A DNA stretch of 64,000 bases, from assembly GCF_018350175.1 (NCBI RefSeq), contig NC_058368.1:170440001-170504000 (forward strand). The letters are read 5' to 3'. The DNA comes from Felis catus. Lineage: Eukaryota. Under the pieces are notes generated by a model that saw only the letters and a list, made by a program, of their open reading frames with translations, made no database searches and was not told the DNA's origin. The position numbers and the translations under genes are program-made. Position 1 is the stretch's first letter; each line of letters opens with the position of its first letter. This document shows positions 13,792-27,252 of this stretch, one piece after another.

Positions 13792-14718
13792 AGAGAGGTT
13801 TGCAAGATGGCGGCTTAGGAGGACGCTGGGCTCACCGCACGACCTGCGGATCACTTAGATTCCACCTACACCTGCCTAAATAACCCAGAAAACCGCCAGA
13901 GGATTAGCAGAACGGAGTCGCCGGAACCAAACGCAGACGAGAGGCCCACGGAAGAGGGTAGGAAGGGCGGCGAGGCGGTGCGCGCTCCACGGACTGGCGG
14001 GAGGGAGCCGGGGCGGAGGGGCGGCTCGCTGGCCAAGCAGAGCCCCCGAGTCTGGCTGGCAAAAGCGGAGGGGCCTGACGGACTGTGTTCCGACAGCAAG
14101 CGCGACTTAGCATCTGGGAGGTCATAAGTTAACAGCTCTGCTCAGAAAGCAGGAAGGCTGGAGGACAAAGGGAGGGAGAACTGCTGAGCCCCTGGACAAC
14201 AGAGCTCAGTTTGGTGGGAAACAAAGGCGCTCGCCAGCGCCATCTCCCCTGCCCATCCCCCAGCCAAAATCCCAAAGAGAACCAGTTCCTGCCAGGGAAC
14301 TTGCTTGCTCTGCGCAAACACCCAACTCTGTGCTTCTGCGGAGCCAAACCTGGCATCGGATCTGACTCCCTCCCGCTGCCACAGGGCCCCCCCTGAAGTG
14401 GATCACCTAAGGAGAAGCGATCTAAGCCTGCCCCTCTGGCCCCCGTGCACCTTGCCTACCCACCCCAGCTAATACGCCAGATCCCCAGCATCACAAGCGG
14501 GGCAGTGTGCAAGTAGCCCAGACGGGCCACACCACCCCACAGTGAATCCCACCCCTAGGAGAGGGGAAGAGAAGGCACACACCAGTCTGAGTGTGGCCCC
14601 AGCGGTGGGCTGGGGGCAGACATCAGGTCTGACTGCGGCCCGCCCACCGACTCCAGTTATACACCACAGCACAGGGGAAGTGCCCTGCAGGTCCTCACCA
14701 CGCCAGGGACTATCCAAA
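13792..14718 (+). promoter_or_regulatory. L1 5' UTR internal promoter with YY1 site
   Basis: CAAGATGGCGGC at 13803-13814, at the same 5'-terminal position as the YY1 site of primate L1. CpG-dense at 13800-14110. Confidence 0.85.
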
Positions 14719-15611
14719 ATGACCAAGCGGAAGAATTCCCCTCAGAAGAATCTCCAGGAAATAACAACAGCTAATGAGCTGATCAAAAAGGATTTAAATA
14801 ATATAACAGAAAGTGAATTTAGAATAATAGTCATAAAATTAATCGATGGGCTTGAAAACAGTATACAGGAGAGCAGAGAATCTCTTGCTACAGAGATCAA
14901 GGGACTAAGGAACAGTCACGAGGAGCTGAAAAACGCTTTAAACGAAATGCATAACAAAATGGAAACCACCACAGCTCGGCTTGAAGAGGCAGAGGAGAGA
15001 ATAGGTGAACTAGAGGATAAAGTTATGGAAAAAGAGGAAGCTGAGAAAAAGAGAGATAAAAAAATCCAGGAGTATGAGGGGAAAATTAGAGAACTAAGTG
15101 ATACACTAAAAAGAAATAATATACGCATAATTGGTATCCCAGAGGAGGAAGAGAGAGGGAAAGGTGCTGAAGGGTACTTGAAGAAATAATAGCTGAGAAC
15201 TTCCCTGAACTGGGGAAGGAAAAAGGCATTGAAATCCAAGAGGCACAGAGAACTCCCTTCAGACGTAACTTGAATCGATCTTCTGCATGACATATCATAG
15301 TGAAACTGGCAAAATACAAGGATAAAGAGAAAATTCTGAAAGCAGCAAGGGGTAAACGTGCCCTGACATATAAAGGGAGACCTATAAGACTCGTGACTGA
15401 TCTCTCTTTTGAAACTTGGCAGGCCAGAAAGAATTGGCACGAGATTTTCAGGGTGCTAGACAGAAAAAATATGCAGCCGAGAATCCTTTACCCAGCAAGT
15501 CTGTCATTTAGAATAGAAGAAGAGATAAAGGTCTTCCCAAACAAGCAAAAACTGAAGGAATTTGTCACCACTAAACCAGCCCTACAAGAGATCCTAAGGG
15601 GGACCCTGTGA
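14719..15611 (+). pseudogene. L1 ORF1p (coiled coil/RRM/CTD RNA chaperone), disrupted
   Basis: ATG at 14719 (MTKRKNSPQK…RNNIRIIGIPEEEE). A -1 frameshift near 15172-15174 and an in-frame TGA at 15288-15290 precede the C-terminal part (KLAKYKDKEKILKAAR…YPASLSF). Confidence 0.93.
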
Positions 15612-15661
15612 GACAAAGTCCCAGAGACATCACTACAAGCATAAAACATACAGACATCACA

Positions 15662-18600
15662 ATGACTCTCAACCCGTATCTTTCTATAATAACACTGAAT
15701 GTAAATGGATTAAATGCACCAACCAAAAGACATAGGGTATCAGAGTGGATAAAAAAACAAGACCCATCTATTTGCTGTCTACAAGAGACTCATTTTAGAC
15801 CTGAGGACACCTTTAGATTGAGAGTGAGGGGATGGAGAACTATTTATCGTGCGACTGGAAGCCAAAAGAAAGCTGGAGTAGCCATACTTATATCAAACTA
15901 GACTTTAAATTAAAGGCTGTAACAAGAGATGAAGAAGGACATTATATAATAGTTACAGGGTCTATCCATCAGGAAGAGCTAACAATTATAAATGTCTATG
16001 CGCCGAATACCGGAGCCCCCAAATATATAAAACAATTACTCATAAACATAAGCAACCTTATTGATAAGAATGTGGTAACTGCAGGGGACTTTAACACCCC
16101 ACTTACAGAAATGGATAGATCTTCTAGACACACGGTCAATAAAGAAACAAGGGCCCTGAATGAGACATTGGATCAGATGGACTTGACAGATATATTTAGA
16201 ACTCTACATCCCAAAGCAACAGACTATACTTTCTTCTCGAGTGCACATGGAACATTCTCCAAGATAGATCATATACTGGGTCACAAAACAGCCTTCATAA
16301 GTTTACAAGAATTGAAATTATACCATGCATACTTTCAGACCACAATGCTATGAAGCTTGAAATCAACCACAGAAAAAGTCTGGAAAACCTCCAAAAGCAT
16401 GGAGGTTAAAGAACACCCTACTAACGAATGAGTGGGTCAACCAGGCAATTAGAGAAGAAATTAAAAAATATATGGAAACAAACGAAAATGAAAATACAAC
16501 AATCCAAACGCTTTGGGATGCAGCGAAGGCAGTCCTGAGAGGAAAATACATTGCAATCCAGGCCTATCTCAAGAAACAAGAAAAATCCCAAATACAAAAT
16601 CTAACAGCACACCTAAAGGAACTAGAAGCAGAACAGCAAAGGCAGCCTAAACCCAGCAGAAGAAGAGAAATAATAAAGATCAGAGCAGAAATAAACAATA
16701 TAGAATCTAAAAAAACTGTAGAGCAGATCAACGAAACCAAGAGTTGGTTTTTTGAAAAAAGAAACAAAATTGACAAACCTCTAGCCAGGCTTCTCAAAAA
16801 GAAAAGGGAGATGACCCAAATAGATAAAATCATGAATGAAAATGGAATTATTACAACCAATCCCTCAGAGATACAAACAATTATCAGGGAATACTATGAA
16901 AAATTATATGCCAACAAATTGGACAACCTGGAAGAAATGGACAAATTCCTGAACACCCACACTCTTCCAAAACTCCAGAAGGAAATAGAAAGCTTGAACA
17001 GACCCATAACCAGCGAAGCAATTGAATCGGTTATCAAAAATCTCCCAACAAATAAGAGTCCGGGACCAGATGGCTTCCCAGGGGAGTTCTACCAGACGTT
17101 TAAAGCAGAGATAATACCTATCCTTCTCAAGCGATTCCAAGAAATAGAAAGGGAAGGAAAACTTCCAGACTCATTCTATGAAGCCAGTATTACTTTGATT
17201 CCTAAACCAGACAGAGACCCAGTAAAAAAAGAGAACTACAGGCCAATATCCCTGATGAATATGGATGCAAAAATTCTCAATAAGATACTAGCAAATCGAA
17301 TTCAACAGCATATAAAAAGAATTATTCACCATGATCAAGTGGGATTCATTCCTGGGATGCAGGGCTGGTTCAACATTCGCAAATCAATCAACATGATACA
17401 TCACATTAACAAAAAAAAAGAGAAGAACCATATGATCCTGTCAATCGATGCAGAAAAGGCCTTTGACAAAATCCAGCACCCTTTCTTAATAAAAACCCTT
17501 GAGAAAGTCGGGATAGAAGGAACATACTTAAAGATCATAAAAGCCATTTATGAAAAGCCCACAGCTAACATCATCCTCAACGGGGAAAAACTGAGAGCTT
17601 TCCCCCTGAGATCAGGAACACGACAGGGATGTCCACTCTCACCGCTGCTGTTTAACATAGTGCTGGAAGTTCTAGCATCAGCAATCAGACAACAAAAGGA
17701 AATCAAAGGCATCAAAATTGGCAAAGATGAAGTCAAGCTTTCGCTTTTTGCAGATGACATGATATTATACATGGAAAATCCGATAGACTCCACCAAAAGT
17801 CTGCTAGAACTGATACAGGAATTCAGCAACGTTGCAGGATACAAAATCAATGTACAGAAATCAGTTGCATTCTTATACACTAACAATGAAGCAACAGAAA
17901 GACAAATAAAGAAACTGATCCCATTCACAATTGCACCAAGAAGCATAAAATACCTAGGAATAAATCTAACCAAAGATGTAAAGGATCTGTATGCTGAAAA
18001 CTATAGAAAGCTTATGAAGGAAATTGAAGAAGATTTAAAGAAATGGAAAGACATTCCCTGCTCATGGATTGGAAAAATAAATATTGTCAAAATGTCAATA
18101 CTACCCAAAGCTATCTACACATTCAATGCAATCCCAATCAAAATTGCACCAGCATTCTTCTCGAAACTAGAACAAGCAATCCTAAAATTCATATGGAACC
18201 ACAAAAGGCCCCGAATAGCCAAAGGAATTTTGAAGAAGAAGACCAAAGCAGGAGGCATCACAGTCCCAGACTTTAGCCTCTACTACAAAGCTGTCATCAT
18301 CAAGACAGCATGGTATGGGCACAAAAACAGACACATAGACCAATGGAATAGAATAGAAACCCCAGAACTAGACCCACAAACGTATGGCCAACTCATCTTT
18401 GACAAAGCAGGAAAGAACATCCAATGGAAAAAAGACAGCCTCTTTAACAAATGGTGCTGGGAGAACAGGACAGCAACATGCAGAAGGTTGAAACTAGACC
18501 ACTTTCTCACACCATTCACAAAAATAAACTCAAAATGGATAAAGGACCTGAATGTGAGACAGGAAACCATCAAAACCTTAGAGGAGAAAGCAGGAAAAGA

Positions 18601-19477
18601 CCTCTCTGACCTCAGCCGTAGCAATCTCTTACTCGACACATCCCCAAAGGCAAGGGAATTAAAAGCAAAAGTGAATTACTGGGACCTTATGAAGATAAAA
18701 AGCTTCTGCACAGCAAAGGAAACAACCAACAAAACTAAAAGGCAACCAACGGAATGGGAAAAGATATTCGCAAATGACATATCGGACAAAGGGCTAGTAT
18801 CCAAAATCTATAAAGAGCTCCCCAAACTCCACACCCGAAAAACAAAGAACCCAGTGAAGAAATGGGCAGAAAACATGAATAGACACTTCTCTAAAGAAGA
18901 CATCCAGATGGCCAACAGGCACATGAAAAGATGTTCAGCGTCGCTCCTTATCAGGGAAATACAAATCAAAACCACACTCAGGTATCACCTCACGCCAGTC
19001 AGAGTGGCCAAAATGAACAAATCAGGAGACTATAGATGCTGGAGAGGATGTGGAGAAACGGGAACCCTCTTGCACTGTTGGTGGGAATGCAAATTGGTGC
19101 AGCCGCTCTGGAAAGCAGTGTGGAGGTTCCTCAGAAAATTAAAAATAGACCTACCCTATGACCCAGCAATAGCACTGCTAGGAATTTATCCAAGGGATAC
19201 AGGAGTACTGATGCATAGGGCCACTTGTACCCCAATGTTCATAGCAGCACTCTCAACAATAGCCAAATTATGGAAAGAGCCTAAATGTCCATCAACTGAT
19301 GAATGGATAAAGAAATTGTGGTTTATATACACAATGGAATATTACGTGGCAATGAGAAAAAATGAAATATGGCCTTTTGTAGCAATGTGGATGGAACTGG
19401 AGAGTGTGATGCTAAGTGAAATAAGCCATACAGAGAAAGACAGATACCATATCGTTTCACTCTTATGTGGATCCTGA
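15662..19477 (+). pseudogene. L1 ORF2p (endonuclease-RT-Cys domain), frameshifted in the endonuclease region
   Basis: ATG at 15662 (MTLNPYLSIITLNVNGLN…CCLQETH…GDFNTPL…SDHNA). Frameshifts near 15896, 16293 and 16375. Confidence 0.95.
16472..19477 (+). CDS. Intact 1001-aa C-terminal ORF2 frame (PIP box, reverse transcriptase, Cys-rich domain)
   Basis: [13 protein letters not shown]-binding-like motif; [20 protein letters not shown] at 17747-17758; [18 protein letters not shown]. Expression is not demonstrated. Confidence 0.85.
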   Translation: METNENENTTIQTLWDAAKAVLRGKYIAIQAYLKKQEKSQIQNLTAHLKELEAEQQRQPKPSRRREIIKIRAEINNIESKKTVEQINETKSWFFEKRNKIDKPLARLLKKKREMTQIDKIMNENGIITTNPSEIQTIIREYYEKLYANKLDNLEEMDKFLNTHTLPKLQKEIESLNRPITSEAIESVIKNLPTNKSPGPDGFPGEFYQTFKAEIIPILLKRFQEIEREGKLPDSFYEASITLIPKPDRDPVKKENYRPISLMNMDAKILNKILANRIQQHIKRIIHHDQVGFIPGMQGWFNIRKSINMIHHINKKKEKNHMILSIDAEKAFDKIQHPFLIKTLEKVGIEGTYLKIIKAIYEKPTANIILNGEKLRAFPLRSGTRQGCPLSPLLFNIVLEVLASAIRQQKEIKGIKIGKDEVKLSLFADDMILYMENPIDSTKSLLELIQEFSNVAGYKINVQKSVAFLYTNNEATERQIKKLIPFTIAPRSIKYLGINLTKDVKDLYAENYRKLMKEIEEDLKKWKDIPCSWIGKINIVKMSILPKAIYTFNAIPIKIAPAFFSKLEQAILKFIWNHKRPRIAKGILKKKTKAGGITVPDFSLYYKAVIIKTAWYGHKNRHIDQWNRIETPELDPQTYGQLIFDKAGKNIQWKKDSLFNKWCWENRTATCRRLKLDHFLTPFTKINSKWIKDLNVRQETIKTLEEKAGKDLSDLSRSNLLLDTSPKARELKAKVNYWDLMKIKSFCTAKETTNKTKRQPTEWEKIFANDISDKGLVSKIYKELPKLHTRKTKNPVKKWAENMNRHFSKEDIQMANRHMKRCSASLLIREIQIKTTLRYHLTPVRVAKMNKSGDYRCWRGCGETGTLLHCWWECKLVQPLWKAVWRFLRKLKIDLPYDPAIALLGIYPRDTGVLMHRATCTPMFIAALSTIAKLWKEPKCPSTDEWIKKLWFIYTMEYYVAMRKNEIWPFVAMWMELESVMLSEISHTEKDRYHIVSLLCGS

Positions 19478-20509
19478 GAAACTTAACAGAAACCCATGGG
19501 GGAGGGGAAGGAAAAAAAAAAAAAAGAGGTTAGAGTGGGAGAGAGCCAAAGCATAAGAGACTGTTAAAAACTGAGAACAAACTGAGGGTTGATGGGGGGT
19601 GGGAGGGAGGAGAGGGTGGGTGATGGGTATTGAGGAGGGTACCTTTTGGGATGAGCACTGGGTGTTGTATGGAAACCAATTTGTCAATAAATTTCATATA
19701 TTAAAAAAATAAATAAATAAATAAAATAGGAGGACATGAAAAAAAATTTAAATAGTATATTTGTAAGTTGAAAGTTTTATTCAAATGTAATGATTAATAT
19801 CTTCCCAAATATGTTATATTTGATTTTTCTTATAATATAAAATATAATTGTTATTCTCTTCGCATTCCATATGGACAATCCTAAACTCCCTCCAGTATAC
19901 TTCAGACAAATACTGGAAAAGTCCCACTGAAGAAATGGTTCTCAACTAAGTGACTAGGAGGAGAAGAAGGCTATGTAGAGAGATCAGAAACTTGTAACTA
20001 TCTGTACTTTGAGAAAAATCCCACTGGGTATTCTAAAACTACTCTGCCCTCAACCTGAGAGAAAAGAATGCTCATGTTAGAAATACGATAGTTATTACTG
20101 CCACCACCATTATATAACTATAATATCATATCATTTTTATTTGCCAGATTAAATAAGCAACTCATTGCAATTTTATATATGAATTACCACTATCTTCTGC
20201 CTTAAACTGGCAAGGATCATAAAGCATAGCAACATACAAGTTGAAATACTTACAACAAAACAACGACCAGGACATACTTCTGTTTACTACCTAGAATTCC
20301 TAAGAATTTAACATCAAATAATAACTGGAAAAACGCACAGGTCATTCAGCACAGGTCATTTATGTTCAAGGTCCTTTAACTATTTTATAACAACAAAAGA
20401 ACACAACAAAAAGCCCTCAATGTCCAACAATAGAAAAATAGTTAAATATAACTATACCCATAATATTAAAACCCCATATAGTTATTAAGAGATTTAGTAG
20501 ATGAGTTCT

Positions 20510-21110
20510 ACTATCTATTAATATGTAAGAAAATATCCCCAAACTTTATGGCGTAAGAAAACAAGAACATTTATTTTCCTTACAAGTCTGCAATTTGTGC
20601 AGGATTTAGCAAGGAATACTTGTGTCTGTTCTACTCACAGTCAGCTGGGGTAACTCTAAGGCTAAGGACTGAAATTATTACATATCTGACAACTCAAACC
20701 AGGGTGTATCTATCTCTCTTTCCCTCCCCCTCTCTCTCATCATCTGTCTCAATCTCACCTCACTCTCGGTTACCCAACATGGCCTCCCCAGCATGACTTT
20801 TTCAGGATAGCCATACTTTTTACATGTTAGGGCTCTGAAGCTACGTGCATTTTCCAAAAGATAAGGAACCAAACAGAAGCTGCAGCCACCTTTTACAAGA
20901 TATTCTCAGAACAGTGATACTACTAATAGTATCACTACTCTGAGTATTAATAGTATCACTATTCTGAGGATATCACAGTATCACTCTGCCACATGGGATT
21001 CCTTACAGTCAAGTCACTAAGGCAGCCATACTCAAGAAGAAGAATTAAACTCCAACTTTGTATAGGACGGGATGGGAATACCAACAAACTCAAAAACATG
21101 CTTTAAAATA
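20510..21110. mobile_element. Old MaLR LTR (MLT1H/J/K-like)
   Basis: AAATATCCCCAAACTT…CATTTATT…AGTCTGCAATTTG…GGAAGCTGC-like…AGTCACTAAGGCAGCC; degenerate. Confidence 0.6.
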
Positions 21111-23269
21111 TCTATATGATGTATATTTATCAACTTTTTAAAAAAGTCTGTATATATTATGAGTCAAATGTTAACATATATACATATTTATCACTCGAGA
21201 TACATATACGTAATTATACATTTATATATTTGAGGTATAAGTAATTAGTAAACTACATATAATCTCAAGGTTATGCAGCAAAGTATTAGTCTTTTTATGT
21301 GGGTAGATGAGTCAAATGGCAAAACCATTTATTTTGGTTGTTCTGTGGTTTTTCAGTAATTTCAACAAACATATGCCACTGTGAAGTTTATAAGAAATAC
21401 ACAAATAATCCTTTTTGTGGAGTACTGGGGAGACATTCTTTCTCAGAAAAAAGGACATTTTATAGTTGAAGACAGAGGTATAAGTTTTCTCTAAGCACTA
21501 AATGGTTTAGCAAGTCTCTGAGAGGTGGGGTTGGAGTTCTGCTTCTTCATTTGCATTGTGGAACTTGTACTTAATCTTTAACCCCTAAAAAATATGCCAG
21601 CTCTTATCAGTTAATGATCTGGACAACAAATATGTATTCAATCCTCACAGGGAACAGAGCTTCAAGGTACACAGAAAATTTTAAATGGTAACATATCCTT
21701 AATATACTTTGAAAGCAATTAAGGAAAGAAGTGACAAAGACAAAAGAGACAAGAGTTAAAATGTATAAAAATTTAAAAAGAAGATAAATAGCTGATATTC
21801 CTATATAATTAATTGGATTCTCTGCTCTTATTTCTTCTAAATTTACTTTCCTGAAGATCACTAACATTTCTGGTAAAGAGAAGGGACAAAACATTATATA
21901 TAAATGTTTAGGCAAATTTCCAGCAAATATCACACAGTGTGATTTTCCCAGTTTCAAGGAAGTATGCCATTTCCTCAGGCTTTGTTCCAGAAAATGACTC
22001 TATTCACAAACAATGTACAAGCCTCAGACCTATCCCAAGCAAAATCTAGTAGTTGGGAAAGTGTGTTTTAGGTGTCTCCCCAGTTTCTTTGAGGGTACTT
22101 TTTCCCCACGGTCCTTCCTTCTGTGACCCCCACAGACCAGAGACCACATGTATGCTTAGAGACCAGGATCTTCCTCTGCCCTGAATGTTCTTAATCTGTC
22201 TACAGAAAGATTCTGTGATTTGGCATCTTCCCAGCTCAATTCTTCATTTCCATCACCTCCAACAAGCATTAGTTGTCATATGAGTCAGTTTCCTCAGGGT
22301 CTTTTTCTTTACTCAGTGACATCCAGAGGTAAAAATTAACTCACATCTATGATGAATGAGGGGAATTCTTGGAACTCTTCTCTTACATTTTCATTCATTC
22401 AACCAGTGTTCAAATCCCACCTATTTTCCATGTTTATAAATGAAGACACAGAGTTGAATGAGCCTGGCAGGCAAACATAATTGCAATGCGATTAGAGTAG
22501 CATTAATAGATAATTATTAATAAAGATTTATGAGAAAACAGGGAATGGCTGTGCCATTTCAGGAGGGATTTTAAAGGTTTCATGCAGAAAATACTTGAGC
22601 TGAGACTGGAAGGATGATTTCTTTTATTATTTCTACTATGTTTCAGTATTTTTGAAATTCTCAGAGAAGAATGAAATGGATGAGGATATTTAAGAGAAAG
22701 TAGTTATTCATCATGACAGACAGATGTCCAGTTTGAGGTGCAAATGATCTCAAGCCTTAAAGGGAGATTGGATCAGGAAGCTTGGAGATTCTAAGGACTG
22801 AAGAGTTCAATCAATTTTGTTTAAAACTTATTTGTTCACCTACACATACTGAGCTCTGTGCTAAGTAAGCACTGGGGCAAGAGCAGAGTCACTCCAATGA
22901 TTTAGAGTCCAGGAGGAGAAATAAACATATAATTTAGTGCCAAGATGAAAATCTGTTTGAAATGTAAGTTGGGAGGACAGAGGAGTTCTTATTTTACTTA
23001 GGGAAGAATGAGCAGGATGGTAGTTTAGTGGGGACAAAAGATGGAAATATGTGAAGGACAGCGGTTTGTATTTGTAAAATTCATGCCTCCACATTTAGGG
23101 ACTTTAAGGAGGAAATCTATAGATGAGATTTCTAGATGCCTGGTGGGAAAATTATTTGAGGTTGGGATCTTTTAATATGGTACCACAAAGATTTAAAGTA
23201 TTTATACTACCTGCCTCTGATGCAGCCATTCCAAAATCTCACTAAAGTATCAAGGGAAAAGTCTGAGAG

Positions 23270-23500
23270 CTAATAGCTATTAGTATTTACTATATGGTAG
23301 GTAAGATTCAGAGAGCTATACATATATTAGATTTACACCCTTATAGCACTGTCATTACTACTCTTACATTATGAATCAAGAAACTGAGGAACAGGGAGGT
23401 TAAATAGTTTGTCCAAGTTCACACAGCTAGCAAGTAGTTGAGCCAGTATTCCATCCCAGATAGTTTGGTCCCAAGACCATGATGTAGAAACATTGCCTCA
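23270..23500. mobile_element. MIR SINE
   Basis: MIR core: GAAACTGAGG…GGTTAAATAGTTTGTCCAAGTTCACACAGCTAG. Confidence 0.75.
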
Positions 23501-26500
23501 TAACTCATCACACTGAAAACTAGGACCAGTAAAGACATCTCCAGATCCAAAGAATAATTCCAGATACTGTAATTTTGATGGGACTGAACTGAAATTGTTT
23601 CCTGGGCACCCATTTGTGCTATCTCTAAAAGTAGGAAGGAAAATTCTTTATCACAATCCTCACTATGGACTTTAACTGAGGAATAATAGGTCATCACTAA
23701 TTTTCTTTCCAAAAAGGATGATTCCTGTTAACTTCAGCTAACTTTGTTTTGGTGAGTGGGGTTTGCAAGTTTAGGCTAGATTGCAGGAGACAGTGGAAAT
23801 CTAAAAGTTAAAGGATGCCACTGACAATCTTTCTTTTTACCCTTTTCCTTAGTTGGTCCCCAGCTCACTAAGTAAATATTGAAGGAATGATTTAACTTTA
23901 GTGGTTTGGAAAGTGGGGTACAAGATAATTAGCCTACCTGGGAAGTCTATATATTTTAGCTGAGTCCAGCCTCCATCAATGGCCACAGCTCATCATTGGG
24001 CCCTTGGGCATGGAAAATGGGTGCTTGGTTGACACAGTGACTTACTGAAAATATACTCACAACATTGATCATCTATCCTTGCATCAGAGCTCTGTAGCTA
24101 GGCTTCTGGCCAAGGGACAGACACCACATGCCTGAAGCAAATGCAGTTCAGGGCTCTGGACCAGAAAAACAGGAAAAGATACCTGTTTGGGGTATGCCTG
24201 CAACTCTCTTCCCCCTTCCCTCTCATCCTACTGGTGGGAGGAATAGCTGGCCCACTAACTTCAGCTCTCTGTGAACCTGATGAAAACACTTGCTGCCTGA
24301 AAGCACCAAAATCCATCCATAACTGACAGAAGTACACTCATCTCTACTTACCTTAATCCCTAACCCAGGTGTCCCCAAGAAAGAGCCAGCAAGGTAACGG
24401 CTGTTAGTTGGGCATTTCTGGCTATGGGGAGCAGAGAAGTTTTCAAGTAACTTTGCTCTCTTCTGATTATAGGAGAGGGCATCTGGGAGGCACATGTCTG
24501 TTCACCCCACCACGTCTCCAGCTTGAGGGAGAAAGGGAAGGGTTTTCCTCTCTTCTTCCATATTCCCCCTTCAATCACATTTCATTTTTAAGTAGTACTT
24601 ACTTAATAGTTTGCTTTTCTATGGAAGGGCTAAAATTCATAGATGCTGTAGATCAAGCATGGTTTTTAATGTTTTCCAGTCAATGATAAGGTGAAAATAG
24701 GAAAAGAAAGTTGGAACACAACTGCAGGGATTTTCTCAAGAGCCATATGTAGAAACAAAATTTATATTCAAAGGTAAAACTATGGCAGAGACATTATTAT
24801 CCATCCTCAGATCACTTAATTTTTTAAATTATTATTTCACTTAAGGTGGTAATTTCTACTTATAATTTTTTCTCTAATCTTTCATCCACCCTCAATTTCA
24901 AGTCAAGGATTTTGGGCCACAGTACTGAGATAGAACTATAACAGGAATAGTAAAAGTATCATTTTTTTCTTTGGCTTTCTAAGTTGGAAGATCTAAGGGA
25001 ACTGTTACTTTGCAAGCTTTCTTAACGTTTGCCCTAAAGACTTGCTGAGTATGAAGTAATTGTGATGAGAGATATCCTTTTTTACTATTGTGGCCTCATT
25101 GCAATAAGAAAGGTCCCTTTCTTATTTTTCTGAATTGAAAAGAATTTTCTAATTGGCAAAGGGTACTGTTGGTTGTGGCACTGTTAATTATGCCAAGGCA
25201 AGAGGTAGGCCTTGTCTTCTAGCAATGTGACCTGAATAACAATATAGTGATTGGCTGAAAAGGCATTTTGGCTAAGGCATACCATCGAAACTTCCAAATA
25301 GCCAAAGGGCATGATTTTGATAAATAACATAATTTAAATTTTACTTGCTCCTCTGAAAAACCTGTTGATTATCTTCATGCTAAATAAAGACTACAGCATT
25401 AAATTAGGATTGTGGAAAATATTATTCCTCCAATTGTACATGTATCAATGGAAATTATGAAAATTTGGGAAAGAAACCAAAAGAAAATCATTCCACTAAA
25501 CTCAACTTTTTTCTACGAGTTACTTTTTAAAATGAGTAATATCTTTTTGAAATTCCCATATTAGAGGGTATATATTTTGGAGAAAGGAAAGGATGAAGAT
25601 AATGATATTAGGAATTCTCCCAAGTTAGAAAACTTAAAACATTATAAATAACTAATGACCACTTCAACAGAGAATAAAGAATAAAAGAGTATTCTGTTTT
25701 TGGAAAATATATTTTTATCTTAGATTAAAAAATTATATATGTATATTCCTAAGCCATACAAATAGAGGAGTTCCTAAAGCAGTCTATATCACTGCTTTTC
25801 TCCAGGGTTCATATAAGAGCCTGATAAAATTGGCCTATTCTTTCTCCACACACCTGTTGTTCACATTTACTCTACTTTTCAACTTACACCCTGGGCTAGT
25901 CTGCTATTCTCTCACTTTGTATATGTAAACCTAACTTCCACAACAAATTACAAACTCTTTAAGGTCAAAGAATGTAACTTTGATAGTTCTCACAATATTA
26001 AATACTACCTACACAATAAGTATTATATTAAATATGCTTCATGATTCATTAACCCATACTTCCCTCTGGTAAAATTGCTTTTTAATAGACTTCATACCCA
26101 GTGTTATGATGCGATGTTGAGATAAATATGTGGCAAGAAAGTACATTCCCAGTCAGAAGACCCTGGGGATAAAATAGCTCCTAATCATCACTGTAATAGT
26201 TTAGCAAGTGCAAAGAAGTATACACCCTCTCCTTAACTGATGCCTTTAGCACCTGGTTTAATGTCCTCCTCTGACCCCAGACTGGCCAGTCACCTGGCCA
26301 GTCACCACATGAATGACCCATCCAAAGCTTAGTATCTTTCCTTAACCTCTCATTTCTCGTTGTATTTATTACACATTTACAAACTACTTCTACAGCCAGA
26401 TACTAAAAATTATTATCCCACATAATTATCCACTCTGGAAACATTAATTCTTGATCATGACCTCAGACCATGTCAGCTCCATCACATATACCTTCCCAAC

Positions 26501-27252
26501 AAAATTTTTTCGATTCTCTGTTTTCTCCCAGTCCTTCCTCCTCTCCTCACCTCCTTTCACATATATATACCTTTAGTTATATTGTCCACCCATCTCTTCA
26601 TCCTCTATCTTGCCAATATTATCAGCTGTCTTGGCCCATTTTTTTTTTCTGTCACATCTCTCTGGAAAAAAAAATATGTGGATAAATGCAAAAGCTCATC
26701 TCCATCAGAGCTGCTGAGTGTTGCTGGTGAAAATCATATAGAATTATACAACACATTTCCACAGGACGAGAAGTTTATGTTCTTTGACCCTCCAGAGTAG
26801 CCAGAAATTGTTTGTCTACTGGGTTTTACCTCCAAATCTCCACAGCAGTAGTTATTATAATGTGCTGGGTTTCTATTATTTTGTCTTCCCAGAATAGTAT
26901 CTTCTCTTGTTCTGACAAATGCTTCTTTGAATGGGAGATAGCACTTTTGTACAGATCCCACTCACTGTGTACTGTGGATGGTCTAGGGTGGGCACCTGGG
27001 CTAAGCCTGAGGAGACCTAGCTCCCTACTCACCAGCCATCCTTGATTCATACAGAAAAATATTAATATAGTCCTTCTGGAGATATTCTTGAACTGGAACT
27101 GGGGAAGGAGAAGGAGAAGATGCAAAGGAGAAGGGGAAAGAGAAGGAGAACCACAATTGCCATTAAAACAAATAAACGTTAACACCCAGAGCTCCCTCCC
27201 TCTGGGAGTCAGAGTCCAAATTTCAATGTGTCTGGAGCTGAGTCAGAGTTCT

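Larger units (their letters stand above)
13792..19741 (+). mobile_element. Full-length young felid LINE-1 (~5.95 kb)
   Basis: CpG-rich 5' UTR, ORF1, ORF2, G-rich 3' UTR and A tail. Perfect TSD AAAAATTTAAATAG at 13778-13791 and 19742-19755, at a canonical TT|AAAA endonuclease site. Confidence 0.98.

Noticed and set aside
14916..18639. Antisense ORFs of 62-174 aa over L1 ORF1/ORF2
   Set aside because: Shadow frames of L1 coding sequence with no independent evidence.
20335..20360. AGGTCA direct repeat with an 8-nt spacer (nuclear receptor DR8-like)
   Set aside because: Explained by a 14-bp local tandem duplication in probable old L1 sequence; no supporting context.
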